This document shows, piece after piece, positions 18,660 to 29,762 of a stretch of DNA of 64,000 bases. The notes below the pieces were generated by a model. That model did not search any database. It was given only the letters and a program-made list of their open reading frames with translations, and had not been told where the DNA came from. Both the position numbers and the translations under genes were made by a program. Origin of the DNA: Acidobacteriota bacterium (GTDB lineage: Bacteria > Acidobacteriota > UBA6911 > RPQK01 > JADFOI01); contig CBDCMH010000002.1 in NCBI GenBank assembly GCA_965218935.1, forward strand, positions 320,899 to 384,898. The letters run 5' to 3'. How positions within the stretch are numbered: position 1 is the stretch's first letter; every line of letters begins with the position of its first letter.

Positions 18660-21600
18660 TTAGAACTCGATGCGCAGCGCCAACTGGACCTGGCGGGGGC
18701 GTGAAACTATATCGTTAATCCTTCCAGCAGTCGATTGAACGCTTCCTCTCGAGCTGAAGATTCGATCGGCGGGCAGGTCGAAATTGGTGTGGTTGGCAAT
18801 ATTGAAAAACTCCGCTCGGAACTGGACCCTCGTGCTGCCATCGGCGCCGAAATAGACGCTTTTGAGGATCGAGAAATCCGCGGTTCCATACCCATCGCCG
18901 ACAATCGTGTTGCGCCCCAGGTTCCCGTAAAAACCGGGTTCCGGCACTGTGAAGGCATCTGTGTCTAAATAACGGCAGTCAGCATTGCACTGCACGCCCC
19001 CGGACAGGATCGGGGACTGGCCCACGAACGCCGGCGCCAGGTTGGGGCGAGCCTCTGCCATATCGCGATGGACTGTATCGGGGTGGGCTGTGGCACTAAA
19101 GGGAATGCCGCTGCTGAGGGTAAAAATGCCGGCCACCTGCCAACCGTCCGCAAGAGCCTTTGCCACTCCGCTCTGATTCTGACCAAAGGGGAGATCGTAG
19201 GTGAAATTAGTGACCCAGGTATGGGCGGTGTGAAAATCCGACAACCCCCAGTCGAGCTCCATATTCCAGGGATCCATGTTGGCGGTTTCCGCCAGCTCGC
19301 CGCTGATCACGGCCGATCCATTGTCCAATGTTTTCGACCAGGTGTAGGCTGTCTGAAACTGCAGCCCGTCGGCAAACCGCTTCGTCACCGTGTTCTTCCA
19401 GGCGTGATAGGCGGATGCAGCTCCGGTGGCGTAATAATGCATACGCGTGAAACTCGGGTTGATCCAGTTGGTACCAGGGGGATAGTAGCTGGTGCCGTCG
19501 GCCTTGCCCGCACATAAGGCTGCAGGTGCGCTCGTGTCCTGACCTTCTTGACCCAAAATGAACTGTGTACCGCCACAAAACTGAGGCTCGGGTATATCCA
19601 GACTGCCACGGTTGCTCAGGTGCACCCCCCGCGAACCGGAGTAAGCCGTCTCCCACACTAAATTCTGGGCAAGCAGTGCCTGCAGGCTCAGGCTCCACTG
19701 CATCATGTAGGGACTGCTTGGCTCGGACTGGAAAAAGTGAATGCCCTTGGGACCGTCGGCAAGTTCGTCGACGATATCATCCACATTGGGAAACTGCCCC
19801 GGGGTAAAATTCCGCTGGTCGGCCTCCGCCCAAAAGGGTGGCACCCGGTCCAGGGGGACAAAAAGCTGCTTGACGATGATGGGGTCGTGAAACACACCAA
19901 AGCCGGCCCGAATGGAATAATTCCCTGAACCCGTGGGATCCCAGGCCAGTCCAATCCGCGGCGCAAAATCATCTCCCGAAGGATTCTTAAAGATGTTCGG
20001 ACCCACCGTCGATGTAGGATCTCTGAAATGGATCACATTGGCCATTCGACCATATCTTTCTGACGGGACGGTGACGTATTCGTAACGAAGACCGATATTC
20101 AAGGTCAGATTGGGTCGGACTTGAAAATCATCCTGAATATAGAAGCGAGTCAGCCAACTGATGTAGGTCCGGAAGGGATCGGCCTCAGCCAGCGCCAGTC
20201 GAAAACGCGAAGGTGACCCGTTCTCAAGAAAGTCATCGAAGCCGCGATATTGCCAGCTCCCGCCCCAGCGGCCAAGGTTGTTCTTGTCAAAGATATGATA
20301 TGTCGTCCCTGCTCCAAACTTCAGGCTGTGGGAGCCCAGGTCATAGGTCATATCGTCGTTAAACTGATAGCTGTCCCCGTTGACCAGTCTTTGGTTGAAG
20401 CCCGACCAGCCTTGCAGCGAGGAGATGTCATCCAGCCCGGAGATCCCTCCAAAAGGCCTTCCCGAGAGGAAACTCAGGGATGGGTCGGGAACATTAGGCC
20501 CGTCTTCAAGAACGTCGAAGAGATAATTGCGCGCAAACCCGATCCGCGCCGTATTCAGAAAGCGCGGGGACAAAACGCTTCTTCCTTCGAGGGAAACGTA
20601 CTGGTTGCGAACGGTTCCCTGACGAATATACATCTCAAAGTTGGTTGGATTCGTCTGCGCGGAGTCATCCAGAGTGTAGCGGCCGAAAAAGGAGTGGTTG
20701 CCAACCTCGTAGTCCATCCGCACGGCGAGGTAATCCTGATTTGTGGTGCGTGTATCCGTGCGGTGGTGCGCCGCACTCCACCCATCAGCTGCTTCCACTC
20801 CGTTGGGCAGCGGATAGAGATTCACATAGGGCAGCACAACCGGATCGATGACAATACTGGGATCGGGAAGGATGCCCTGGCGGACCGCCTCAGTCGGAAC
20901 ATCGGAATTAAACGTGCGCGGACGGGTTTCCCTCAGGCCCTCATAACTGACAAAAAAGAACAGCTGGTCTCTGGCAATCGGTCCCCCCAGGCTAAAGCCG
21001 AACTGGTTCTGCTTGTACTCCTCCTTCTCACCAACAAAGAACTCTCGGGCATCCAGATTGTCGTTGCGGTGGTATTCGTAGAGCGATCCGTGAAACGCAT
21101 TGGTGCCTGATTGGCTGACGGCGACAATGGCGGCTCCGCCGGCTCTCCCGTGCTCTGCGGTGTAATTGCTGGTCAACAGCTTGAATTCGCGCACCGCTTC
21201 GATCCCCAGTTGCGATCCCGACACACCAGACGGCAGCAGTCCGATTGGGTTGGTGATGTCCGTTCCGTCCAGCGAGAAACTACTGGCATTGGGTCGGGCC
21301 CCGCTGACCGATATCCGGGCACCCATGCCCAGGGAGAGGTCGCCCTCATTGCTTCTGTAGTTGGTCGTTCCCGCTTGCAACTCGATGAGTCCGGCGAAGT
21401 CGCGCGTGTTCAAGGGCAGATCCGCGATCTGCTGTCGGTCAACCAGCGCAGACAACTGGGAGCTGGTCGTCTCAACCAGGGGCGCATCGCCCGTCACTTC
21501 CACCTGCTCGCTGATCTCTCCGATGGCCAATTGCAAGTTAAGAACCGCCTCTCGACCAATCGTCAGTACAATGTCGCTCCGGACGGCCGTTTGAAAACCC

Positions 21601-21854
21601 GGCAGGCTGGCTGAAACCCGATAGGTTCCCAGACTGAGATTCCGTGCTCGATAGCTCCCCTCGTCATCGGTCACCACCACGCGAGTGGCTCCCGTGTTCA
21701 CGTTCTGAAGCTCGATTTCAACACCGGGCAACACGGCACCGGTTGCATCGGTCACGCTGCCCAAAATCGAACCCACATTTTGGGCTCCCAGTGTGGCCAT
21801 GCAGAAAACCAATGCCACAAACAAAATAGATATGCTGCAATAGCTCTTTTTCAT
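18660..21854 (-). CDS. TonB-dependent receptor with N-terminal carboxypeptidase-regulatory-like domain
   Basis: Signal peptide, CarD-like domain (GSVTDATGAVLPGVEIEL...), plug and barrel, C-terminal aromatic residue (…ALRIEF). Confidence 0.85.
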   Translation of the reverse strand: MKKSYCSISILFVALVFCMATLGAQNVGSILGSVTDATGAVLPGVEIELQNVNTGATRVVVTDDEGSYRARNLSLGTYRVSASLPGFQTAVRSDIVLTIGREAVLNLQLAIGEISEQVEVTGDAPLVETTSSQLSALVDRQQIADLPLNTRDFAGLIELQAGTTNYRSNEGDLSLGMGARISVSGARPNASSFSLDGTDITNPIGLLPSGVSGSQLGIEAVREFKLLTSNYTAEHGRAGGAAIVAVSQSGTNAFHGSLYEYHRNDNLDAREFFVGEKEEYKQNQFGFSLGGPIARDQLFFFVSYEGLRETRPRTFNSDVPTEAVRQGILPDPSIVIDPVVLPYVNLYPLPNGVEAADGWSAAHHRTDTRTTNQDYLAVRMDYEVGNHSFFGRYTLDDSAQTNPTNFEMYIRQGTVRNQYVSLEGRSVLSPRFLNTARIGFARNYLFDVLEDGPNVPDPSLSFLSGRPFGGISGLDDISSLQGWSGFNQRLVNGDSYQFNDDMTYDLGSHSLKFGAGTTYHIFDKNNLGRWGGSWQYRGFDDFLENGSPSRFRLALAEADPFRTYISWLTRFYIQDDFQVRPNLTLNIGLRYEYVTVPSERYGRMANVIHFRDPTSTVGPNIFKNPSGDDFAPRIGLAWDPTGSGNYSIRAGFGVFHDPIIVKQLFVPLDRVPPFWAEADQRNFTPGQFPNVDDIVDELADGPKGIHFFQSEPSSPYMMQWSLSLQALLAQNLVWETAYSGSRGVHLSNRGSLDIPEPQFCGGTQFILGQEGQDTSAPAALCAGKADGTSYYPPGTNWINPSFTRMHYYATGAASAYHAWKNTVTKRFADGLQFQTAYTWSKTLDNGSAVISGELAETANMDPWNMELDWGLSDFHTAHTWVTNFTYDLPFGQNQSGVAKALADGWQVAGIFTLSSGIPFSATAHPDTVHRDMAEARPNLAPAFVGQSPILSGGVQCNADCRYLDTDAFTVPEPGFYGNLGRNTIVGDGYGTADFSILKSVYFGADGSTRVQFRAEFFNIANHTNFDLPADRIFSSRGSVQSTAGRINDIVSRPRQVQLALRIEF

Positions 21855-22478
21855 CGTTTTTCCTCCCCATTCGGAATCATTTTCGAAAAATTGCTTGATG
21901 GATCGTATCTCTATTGTCGAGTTGACTCAATTCGATACCTTGGTTAAGTTCAGAGCAGTATACGACCTGCTAATGCTTTCTGCAAGAACTTTCTCCCTGC
22001 TTCAAATTCTGTGACTTTTGCTAAAGACACCGTTGAAGGTGACAACTGCGCTGCAGCCTTCCCACTCCCTCAGTTTCGAGAAATCCACTTCCTCGTCTTT
22101 CCCAACCGACATGGTCATGTGTAAATTCAAGACAGTATAAGCAAGACAGGTTCCATAAACGGTAGATTCCTTACAACTTATTGATTCCACAGGGGATCTC
22201 TTGAATGACAACCCACCGACAGTGGCTCAAAAGTTCAAAAGTTTGGATCTGCTGGCTGATCTCAGCCTATAAAAGATTCGCTAACCTATTGTATTTAAGG
22301 TGCTTAGCGCAGAACACCCGGGCGATCCAAAAATTTGGACCAGATCCGAAAATTTGCCTCTCCAGAGCCGATAGTGCTGCTCGAAAGGAGCCTTCTCTGA
22401 CAGGAATCGGATGTTTAAGGAGGACAGCTGACGACTGGGCGTTTGCGACTCTCTGAAACTAGGGTAACATGACGACCG

Positions 22479-24653
22479 ATGAGATGGAACCTTTGCAACC
22501 GGGCTGTCCTGCTGGCCTGGGTCATTGCCGGAGTGTGGCCTCCCCTGTTTTCCTCTCCCCAGGAGAGGGATGAGCGTGAGCTGCGGGCGGTTCGCGCCGC
22601 CGGGGAGAAGCCGGTTCTGGACGGCGTCTTGGACGAGGCCATCTGGGGACCTGCCCCTCGTGCTGAACCGTTCAGGCAGAAAGAACCGACGGAAGGTCGG
22701 GAGGGCTCGGAAGCCACCTATGTGAAGGTGGTCTATACCGAGGACCGTCTCTTTTTTGGCATCGTTTGTCTCGATTCCTAGCCAGCCGAGATTGTTGCCA
22801 CAGAATTGCGGCGAGACGGGAACCTGAGCAAAGACGATAGCATTTGGATTCTACTAGACTCCTTTCACGATCATTGAAATGCCTTCCTTTTTGCCACTAA
22901 TCCCCGGGGAACCCAATATGACGCCCTCATCATCAACGAAGGAGAGGAGACCAATGAAGACTGGGATGAGGCGTGGAGAGTGGTTTCGCATGTGAACGAT
23001 GAGGGCTGGAGTGCGGAAGTCGAGATCCCCTTCAAAATACTCCGGCTGAGGGCCTCGGATACTCAAATCGGGCTTGAATTCCAGCGTGTGATCCGCCGCA
23101 AGAATGAATTTGTTTTCTGGAATTCGTGGGAACGGGACTTTCGATTTGAGGAGGTTTCCCGCGCCGGCCATCTGGTAGGGTTAGAGGACCATGAATTGGG
23201 TCACCGCGGGCGCGTGAAGGGCTATCTCGTGGGCGGAGCTGGCCAAAAAGGCGAGGCTGGATGGGACAATCGTTCAGACGCCGGGATCGACGACTTGAAA
23301 TGGAGAATGACCCCCACCCTCACCGCTGATCTGACCTTGAACACGGACTTCGGAGAGGTTGAGATAGACTCTCAGCAGGCCAACTTCTCCACTCCTCGCA
23401 ATCAGCTCTTTTTCCCGAAAAAAAGAGAGTTCTTTCTGGAGGGAGCCGGCTTTTTCGATTTCAGCGCGCGTACGGAGGAGTCCCGATTTTCAACCACGTT
23501 TCAGGACTTCTTCAGCCGGCGAATCGGTCTTTCTCCTGAGGACAGTTCGAGGATCCCTATCCTGGGAGGAGCCAAACTTACGGGAAGGGCCGGCGCTTTA
23601 TCCATCGGCGCACTGAACATGCAAACGCAGGAGGAAGGGGGGATAGACGGCAACAACTACAGCGTGCTGCGGGTGCGACAGGATCTGTTTTCACGTTCCA
23701 GCGTAGGAGGCATTTTTACCAACCGCTCTGGCGGTGGAAGTTTCAATCGGACCGCAGGAGTCGATACTCGCCTGGTTTTCTTTAACAATTTGGCCGTTGA
23801 AGGCTTTTTCGTCCGTTCGGACACAACGGCTGTCGACGAAGACCAAGATGCCTACCATGTCAAAGGCTATTGGAGAACAGACTTGTGGGATCTCGGTGCA
23901 GGCCATCTCACCTTGGAGCCCGGTTTCAGCACGGAGATGGGTTTTACGCGGCGCCCAAACAGCCGCAAGACCATCGCCGATATCGGCTATAAACCCAGAC
24001 CCAACATCAGCTGGCTTCGCCAAATCCAGCTACGAGCCTTCTACGAATACTTCACTAATATGGAAAATGTGGTGGAACAGAAAGTTGCCCATTATCCGAT
24101 AGTGTTTGTGTTCGAAAGTGGCGACAGCGTGCGCATTGGGCCCCACACCAAGTTTGATCGTCTGTCCAGACCGCTTCAGCTGGTTCCGGGAGTCTTCATT
24201 CCCCCGGGTGACTATAAGGGGGTGAGCTATTCGTTTACCTACTCAGGCGATCCTTCACGCCCCCTGGCCGGAAGCATCCGTTACACTTTCCAGGGAAGCT
24301 ACTTCGGTGGGACAAGACACTCCTGGCTGTTCAGACCACAGTGGAAACCCTTCCCTTCCCTGATCCTGGAGCTGGACTACGATTTCCAGAACATCTGGCT
24401 GCCTGAACAGCAGTTTTACAGTCATATCATTAACCTGGCTGTGAACTACTCCTTGAGCACGAGTCTCATCACCAGTACCGTCCTTCAATACAACCACAAG
24501 GCTCAAGTAAAAGGGATCAATTTCCGTTTGAACTACATTTATCGGCCAGGAGACGATCTCTTCATTGTTTACAGGGACGTTCGCAACCAGCTCAATCCTG
24601 CATTCAGTGACCGGGCCGTTCTGGTCAAGTTCACCCGCTCATTTGATTTCTAG
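22479..24653 (+). pseudogene. DUF5916/CBM9-like protein gene with two in-frame stop codons (TAG 22782, TGA 22878)
   Basis: Single frame 22479-24653. Conserved motifs (DGVLDEAIW, ...DSFHD.., GWSAEVEIPF) span the stops; downstream 557 codons intact. Confidence 0.7.
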
Positions 24654-24663
24654 CCGGGATTTT

Positions 24664-25674
24664 TCAAGGGATAGGAACTTGTTCGAGGATCGCCGCAAGG
24701 ATCTCGTCGGTGGACATCTTGGCGGCCTCCGCTTGAACACTTCGAATAATCCGGTGCCGAAGAGCTGGAATCGCAATTTCCTTGACATCGGAAGGCATCA
24801 CATAGTCCCGCTCATGGAAAAAAGCCACTGTTTTGGAAAGAGAAAGCAGGTGGTGGTATGCTCGCGGTGAGATTCCCACGGTAATGGCATTCTTGAGGTT
24901 GTCGAGTCCGAAATCCCCCGGAGCCCGGGTCGCTCTTCCCAGCCGGACAACATATTCCCTCAACCGGTCATCGACATAGGTCTCTCGGATTAATTCTCTA
25001 ATCTCAATGACCGCCTTCGGCTCTATCAAAGGTTTCAGCTCAATCTTGCCCATATCGGTCTTCAACATCGTTAACTCATCACCATGCTCCGGGTAGACCA
25101 CCCTTAGCATCATGGAGAATCGGTCTTTCTGGGCCTCTGGCAAGATATAAACCCCTTCCTGCTCGACAGGATTTTGAGTGGCCAGCACCCAGAAGGGATC
25201 ATCCAGCTTGAAGGTGTTATCTCCCAATGTGACCTGGCGCTCCTGCATCGCTTCCAGCAGGGCGCTTTGCGTTTTCGGGGTGGCCCGGTTGATTTCATCC
25301 GCCAGTAAGATGTTGGTAAATATGGGTCCGTGCTCAACTCCGAAAGTCCCCTTGGAGGGATCAAAAATGCGCGTCCCCACAATATCTGCAGGTAGAAGAT
25401 CGGGAGTGAGCTGGATACGCTGAAAATTGGCGTGGACCACGCTTGAAATAGCCACCACCGCCAGCGTTTTGGCCACTCCGGGGACTCCTTCCAGCAGAAC
25501 ATGGGCACAACCCCCGCGATGACCGTTCTCGGACGCATCCTTTTTAAAGGAATAGGGGATCTCGGTGAAAAGACCGACTAGGAGATCGCGAACCATCCGC
25601 TCCTGTCCGATGATGATCTGGTTGATCTCTCTCTCGATCTCTTTGAGAAGCTTTAAGGTTTGTTCTTTGGTCAT
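24664..25674 (-). CDS. MoxR-family AAA+ ATPase
   Basis: Walker A GVPGVAKT, Walker B LLADEINR, MoxR sensor motifs. Confidence 0.9.
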   Translation of the reverse strand: MTKEQTLKLLKEIEREINQIIIGQERMVRDLLVGLFTEIPYSFKKDASENGHRGGCAHVLLEGVPGVAKTLAVVAISSVVHANFQRIQLTPDLLPADIVGTRIFDPSKGTFGVEHGPIFTNILLADEINRATPKTQSALLEAMQERQVTLGDNTFKLDDPFWVLATQNPVEQEGVYILPEAQKDRFSMMLRVVYPEHGDELTMLKTDMGKIELKPLIEPKAVIEIRELIRETYVDDRLREYVVRLGRATRAPGDFGLDNLKNAITVGISPRAYHHLLSLSKTVAFFHERDYVMPSDVKEIAIPALRHRIIRSVQAEAAKMSTDEILAAILEQVPIP

Positions 25675-25721
25675 GAGTCTGATGTGAAAGAAGTTATTCT
25701 AAGGGCGCAGCCGGAGCTGGG

Positions 25722-26723
25722 TCAATCAACAAAAAAGATCGCCAACGCGGAAAATCCGGTGGCAACAAGGTAATAGTACAGGGGGATCTTATCGGTTACG
25801 GGTCGAGTACCAATCACCCTTCTTTCGTTCCAGAGAATATCATTCAGGTTCTCATACAATTCTGTGCCGGTCTCCGATCGATAGTAGCGACCTCCTGTGG
25901 CTCCGGCCACCCAGCGCAAGGTGCCTTCATCGAAGTTGGCCAGCACCCTATCACCTTGCTCATCTACAAGAAAAACCGTGTGCCCATCCCTCTCCCCGAT
26001 AGGAATATACCCCCCAAGTTGTGTTCCTAGACCGACACAATAAGTGCGTAGGCCCAAAAAAGCGGCCCTTTGTACGGCGTCCCGCAGTTCCTCTCCATGG
26101 TCCTCTCCGTCAGAAATTAATATGAAGGTTATATCCTGGGGTCGAAGTGACTCGTCATACTCCTGCTCCTTTTCCAAAAGCACAAGTCCGTTCTTGAAAG
26201 CGCCACCAATATCGGTTCCGAAACTCGGTCGCCAGTCCGACTCCAGGTAGTCCAGGTAAAAAAGAATGTTCGCGGGATCCTCGGTCAGATAGGAAAGTAT
26301 CAAACTCGATCCAGCAAAACCGACAAGGCCTATTTGACCGATGTTTTCGCCTCGATGCAGGATAAAGTTCTGAATCTCATCACGCGCCCTTTCGATTCGC
26401 GAGGGGAGGATATCCCTTGCCCTCATAGATAGGGAGATGTCCAGAAGAAAAACGACATTGACCTTTCGATAGATGTTTTCCTGTCTCCTGAGCTCGATGT
26501 GGGGCTCGGATACGGCCAGGATTAAACTTCCAGCTCCCAGAACAAACAAAGAGGCCAACCGAAAATAACGGAATTTGCTTGAGACATGGCCCAGCTGTGC
26601 CACCTGCTCCATCCGGAATTGGAGTCTCACTTTTTCTATGTATTGAAAAACGATCCAGACAAGGAAGACGGCCAAAGGCAATAAGAACAGCAGGTTTAAG
26701 TATTTTGGAGCAACAAAGGACAC
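25722..26723 (-). CDS. vWA-domain membrane protein (BatA/BatB-like)
   Basis: Two N-terminal TM helices, MIDAS (VVFLLDISLSM), C-terminal TM. Confidence 0.8.
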   Translation of the reverse strand: MSFVAPKYLNLLFLLPLAVFLVWIVFQYIEKVRLQFRMEQVAQLGHVSSKFRYFRLASLFVLGAGSLILAVSEPHIELRRQENIYRKVNVVFLLDISLSMRARDILPSRIERARDEIQNFILHRGENIGQIGLVGFAGSSLILSYLTEDPANILFYLDYLESDWRPSFGTDIGGAFKNGLVLLEKEQEYDESLRPQDITFILISDGEDHGEELRDAVQRAAFLGLRTYCVGLGTQLGGYIPIGERDGHTVFLVDEQGDRVLANFDEGTLRWVAGATGGRYYRSETGTELYENLNDILWNERRVIGTRPVTDKIPLYYYLVATGFSALAIFFVD

Positions 26724-26728
26724 TGATT

Positions 26729-27334
26729 TTATCCTGCTACCTTGGTATCGCCCTGCTGTATATCTTCGGGCCGCAGCAGCTTTATGGGTTGCTCCTCTTC
26801 ATCTTGTTCCGCTTGCTCGATAGCTGTCCTCAGTAACTCGTAATTGAATCGGATGCTCCATCTCTGCTCAGTGTCTTTTTCCAATCCTGCTCGATACTGC
26901 TCCTGGGCTCGATGAAACCAGGCGAAGGCATCCTGCGGATTCTGTTCGTTCACTCCCTTCCCAAAAAAGGCATTGCCGCTCCAGAAGTACACTGCTGCGA
27001 TGTCGTTGATGCCCTCTTGAACGCAGATGTCACTTAACTCAGCTGCCTCGTCATATTTTTCCATCTTGTACAAGAGTCTCAACTGAGCAATCATGGCATC
27101 GGAATACTCATCTTCAAAGTGGCTCTTCAGCACGGACATAGTGCCAAGAAACTGAACCAGATTCTTGTATTCCGCCATTGCTTCTTCCACCATCTCAGTT
27201 CCTTCCAAACTTCTGGCTCTTGCCTGACGATCACCGACTGAAGACTGAAGATAGGCGTATGCCAGCAAAACTGCGGAAGTGATGACCAGCAAGGCCAACA
27301 ATAGGGGGAGGAATCCTAACTCCGTTTTTTTCAT
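26729..27334 (-). CDS. TPR-like membrane-anchored protein (BatC-like)
   Basis: N-terminal TM, helical repeat region; position after vWA gene. Confidence 0.5.
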   Translation of the reverse strand: MKKTELGFLPLLLALLVITSAVLLAYAYLQSSVGDRQARARSLEGTEMVEEAMAEYKNLVQFLGTMSVLKSHFEDEYSDAMIAQLRLLYKMEKYDEAAELSDICVQEGINDIAAVYFWSGNAFFGKGVNEQNPQDAFAWFHRAQEQYRAGLEKDTEQRWSIRFNYELLRTAIEQAEQDEEEQPIKLLRPEDIQQGDTKVAG

Positions 27335-27513
27335 GGCGCCTAAACTATCAGAGGAAAAATTGCAGAGTCAATGATTATTTGCAATAAAATCCGGATTATT
27401 CATTATCTCAACCGCAGCGAAGAAAGCGCCGACCTGCCCCGAGTGTCACTTAGCCAGAAAACCGGAGTTGGACTTTTTCGAGGGAGGATTCGGAACCGAC
27501 GATGGTGACGTGG

Positions 27514-29376
27514 TCACCCATCTGCAGGCGTGTGTAACCGTGGCAGATGAGTGACGCGGTTTCTAAACACACTGAGGACCAGCGTATCCACCGGAAGTTG
27601 CAGATGCCTGAGGGCTGTGCCGTGCAGGTTGGGATCGGAGACGACCAGCTCGACGACGTCCTGTCCCCTTTCCATGCCCAGGAGTAGTGCCGCCGCCGCC
27701 GGCGAGCGGACGAAATGGTCGAGCAGGTTCACCATGGCCAGACCAGGATCAAGAATGGTCGCTCCTAGAACCCGGTAGCGCTCCCAATAAGACCGGTCCT
27801 GGGATCGCACGATGACGCACTGTGTCCCGAATCGCTCGTAGGCGGCCTGACAGATTTCCAGATTTTGCTCGTTCCGCATCAGGGCGACAAAAGCCTGAGC
27901 TTTTCCTGCTCCAACTTTCTCCAGAGAAGCGGGGCGCAGGTCCGGTACGGGGACGATCTCGATCTCCCCGTTTGAAGCCACGTCGAGGGGTTCCGTCTTT
28001 CGGGTGACGATATGAACCATCCAGCCGTGGGCGTTGAGCTGGCGGGCCAGTGCCAGAGACTGTCCTTCCAGTCCGAAAATATAGGCGACGGGTACACCCC
28101 GAAGATCACGACGTCCGGCCCTTACGTGCGATTCACCAGCCATGTGAAGGGCCCACTTGAAGAGCGGTGGTCCCACCAGTTCGTTGAGAATGATCACGGC
28201 GATCAGCATGGCTGCTAGAAGATCTCCCCATTCGGGGAACTCAGCAGCCACCTCACGTGCCAGTCCCAGCCCGATTCCAGCCTGGGTCACAAAACCCATC
28301 CAGCTGATGCGGTTGAGCCTCCATGGCTCTCCAGCCGCTGCGCCGCCCACCAACGACCCCATCGTGATGGCAGCCAGGCGGACGGCGAAAAGCAGCAGGG
28401 CGATGTGCCAGGTTTGAACAAGGGTGCCAAAGGCCAGCGATGCACCGGCCAAAGTGAAGAAAACCACGTATACCGGCTGACCGACCAGATCCAGCACCGG
28501 ATGCAACTCGGTGCGGCGCTGGCTGAAGTTGGTCACGACGAATCCCGCTACCATGCACACCAGAAGCGGCTCCAGGAATATTTCCACTGGCCAGGAGTCG
28601 CGGGACCAGTGATGCAGCCAGGAAGAAAAAGGGAAGGCCAGGTAATTGCAGGCCAGCAGCAAGATACCTTTGAAGATACCATTAGCGGGAATCGGTGAAA
28701 CGCGGGCGACAATCTTACCCAGAACCACTCCCAGACCCGCAGCCAAAACGATTTCTGCAATAACCAGAAGAACCAGGCCCAACCGGAAACCCAACTGGTC
28801 CAGAAGTGCATCGGCGACCGAGGAACTGATGGCAAAAACGAGGATGACGACCACGTCCATGGTAATGGTCACCCCCAGGACCAGGCGAGTGAAGGGACCG
28901 GTCGCTCGCAGTTCATTGATGACAGCTATGGCCGACGAAGGTGAACGCGAAACCAGGATGGCGGCCCCCACCAGAGCGATGGCCAGACGTGCCGGTGCCG
29001 GTAGCGTTGCCATGAAAGGAATCACATCGGCGAGCAGGAATAAAGCCAGCGCCGACAGTGTATAGCTGAACCCCACCAGACCCAGAGTTACCCAGCGGAT
29101 GGTGCGAAAACGACTCCTGAATTCAGGCAAGTAGAGGTGGGCACCTGCGGCAAAGCCGATAAATCCCAACGCAATCTGATCAAGAAAATGAACTCTTTCC
29201 AGAGATTCGGCGCTGACGACTTCCAACACATAGGGGCCTGCCACGATGCCGGTGAGTAGAAACCCGGTTACCAGCGGAAAGTGAACCCGGGTGAAGAAAG
29301 CTCCAATCTGGCGAGAAGCAAGGGCAATCAGGCCAAAGACCAGAAGGGCAGCCACAAGCTGAGTATCCAGAGCCAT
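27514..29376 (-). CDS. CPA2-family monovalent cation:proton antiporter with C-terminal RCK/TrkA domain
   Basis: Multi-TM Na+/H+ exchanger domain followed by a second hydrophobic repeat and a TrkA-N-like domain (AYIFGLEGQSLALARQL). Confidence 0.8.
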   Translation of the reverse strand: MALDTQLVAALLVFGLIALASRQIGAFFTRVHFPLVTGFLLTGIVAGPYVLEVVSAESLERVHFLDQIALGFIGFAAGAHLYLPEFRSRFRTIRWVTLGLVGFSYTLSALALFLLADVIPFMATLPAPARLAIALVGAAILVSRSPSSAIAVINELRATGPFTRLVLGVTITMDVVVILVFAISSSVADALLDQLGFRLGLVLLVIAEIVLAAGLGVVLGKIVARVSPIPANGIFKGILLLACNYLAFPFSSWLHHWSRDSWPVEIFLEPLLVCMVAGFVVTNFSQRRTELHPVLDLVGQPVYVVFFTLAGASLAFGTLVQTWHIALLLFAVRLAAITMGSLVGGAAAGEPWRLNRISWMGFVTQAGIGLGLAREVAAEFPEWGDLLAAMLIAVIILNELVGPPLFKWALHMAGESHVRAGRRDLRGVPVAYIFGLEGQSLALARQLNAHGWMVHIVTRKTEPLDVASNGEIEIVPVPDLRPASLEKVGAGKAQAFVALMRNEQNLEICQAAYERFGTQCVIVRSQDRSYWERYRVLGATILDPGLAMVNLLDHFVRSPAAAALLLGMERGQDVVELVVSDPNLHGTALRHLQLPVDTLVLSVFRNRVTHLPRLHTPADG

Positions 29377-29762
29377 AGATCAAGTTTATCGAATTGGGTC
29401 GATGCTCGGGGGGCAGGCGAACCTGGGGAATGGCTGCCGCCGAGTCAAGCTTTGCAGCTCTCTCCTGCTTCAGCAAGAAGTATGTCTACAACCTTAACAA
29501 CACGGAAGAGGGGATCAGAATCAGGACAATTCCCAAATACTGACCTTTACTCGCCCAAACCTCACATGTATCGTCGTCATTCTTCTTGCTCTCAAGGTGG
29601 GATGGAAGGTACTGTGTTCGTCATGAAATCCAAATCGAGAATTTCAGGTCTATCGGCCGGTACTGTCTGTGCCCGTTTTTCGTGTCTGTTCTGGGGAATA
29701 GCCCGCAACGACACAAGAATGCGCACCCAACGCAAACCATTCAACGCTTGAGGTAAATACCT

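Noticed and set aside
20250-21110. 286-aa ORF on + strand
   Set aside because: Antisense to the TonB-dependent receptor gene, low-complexity translation.
22782-22880. Alternative genetic code or programmed readthrough explaining the in-frame TAG/TGA in the DUF5916 gene
   Set aside because: TAG terminates tuf and TGA terminates rplJ in this same window. Two different stop codons would both need suppression.
28405-29065. ORFs on + strand inside the CPA2 antiporter region
   Set aside because: Antisense to a well-supported membrane transporter gene.
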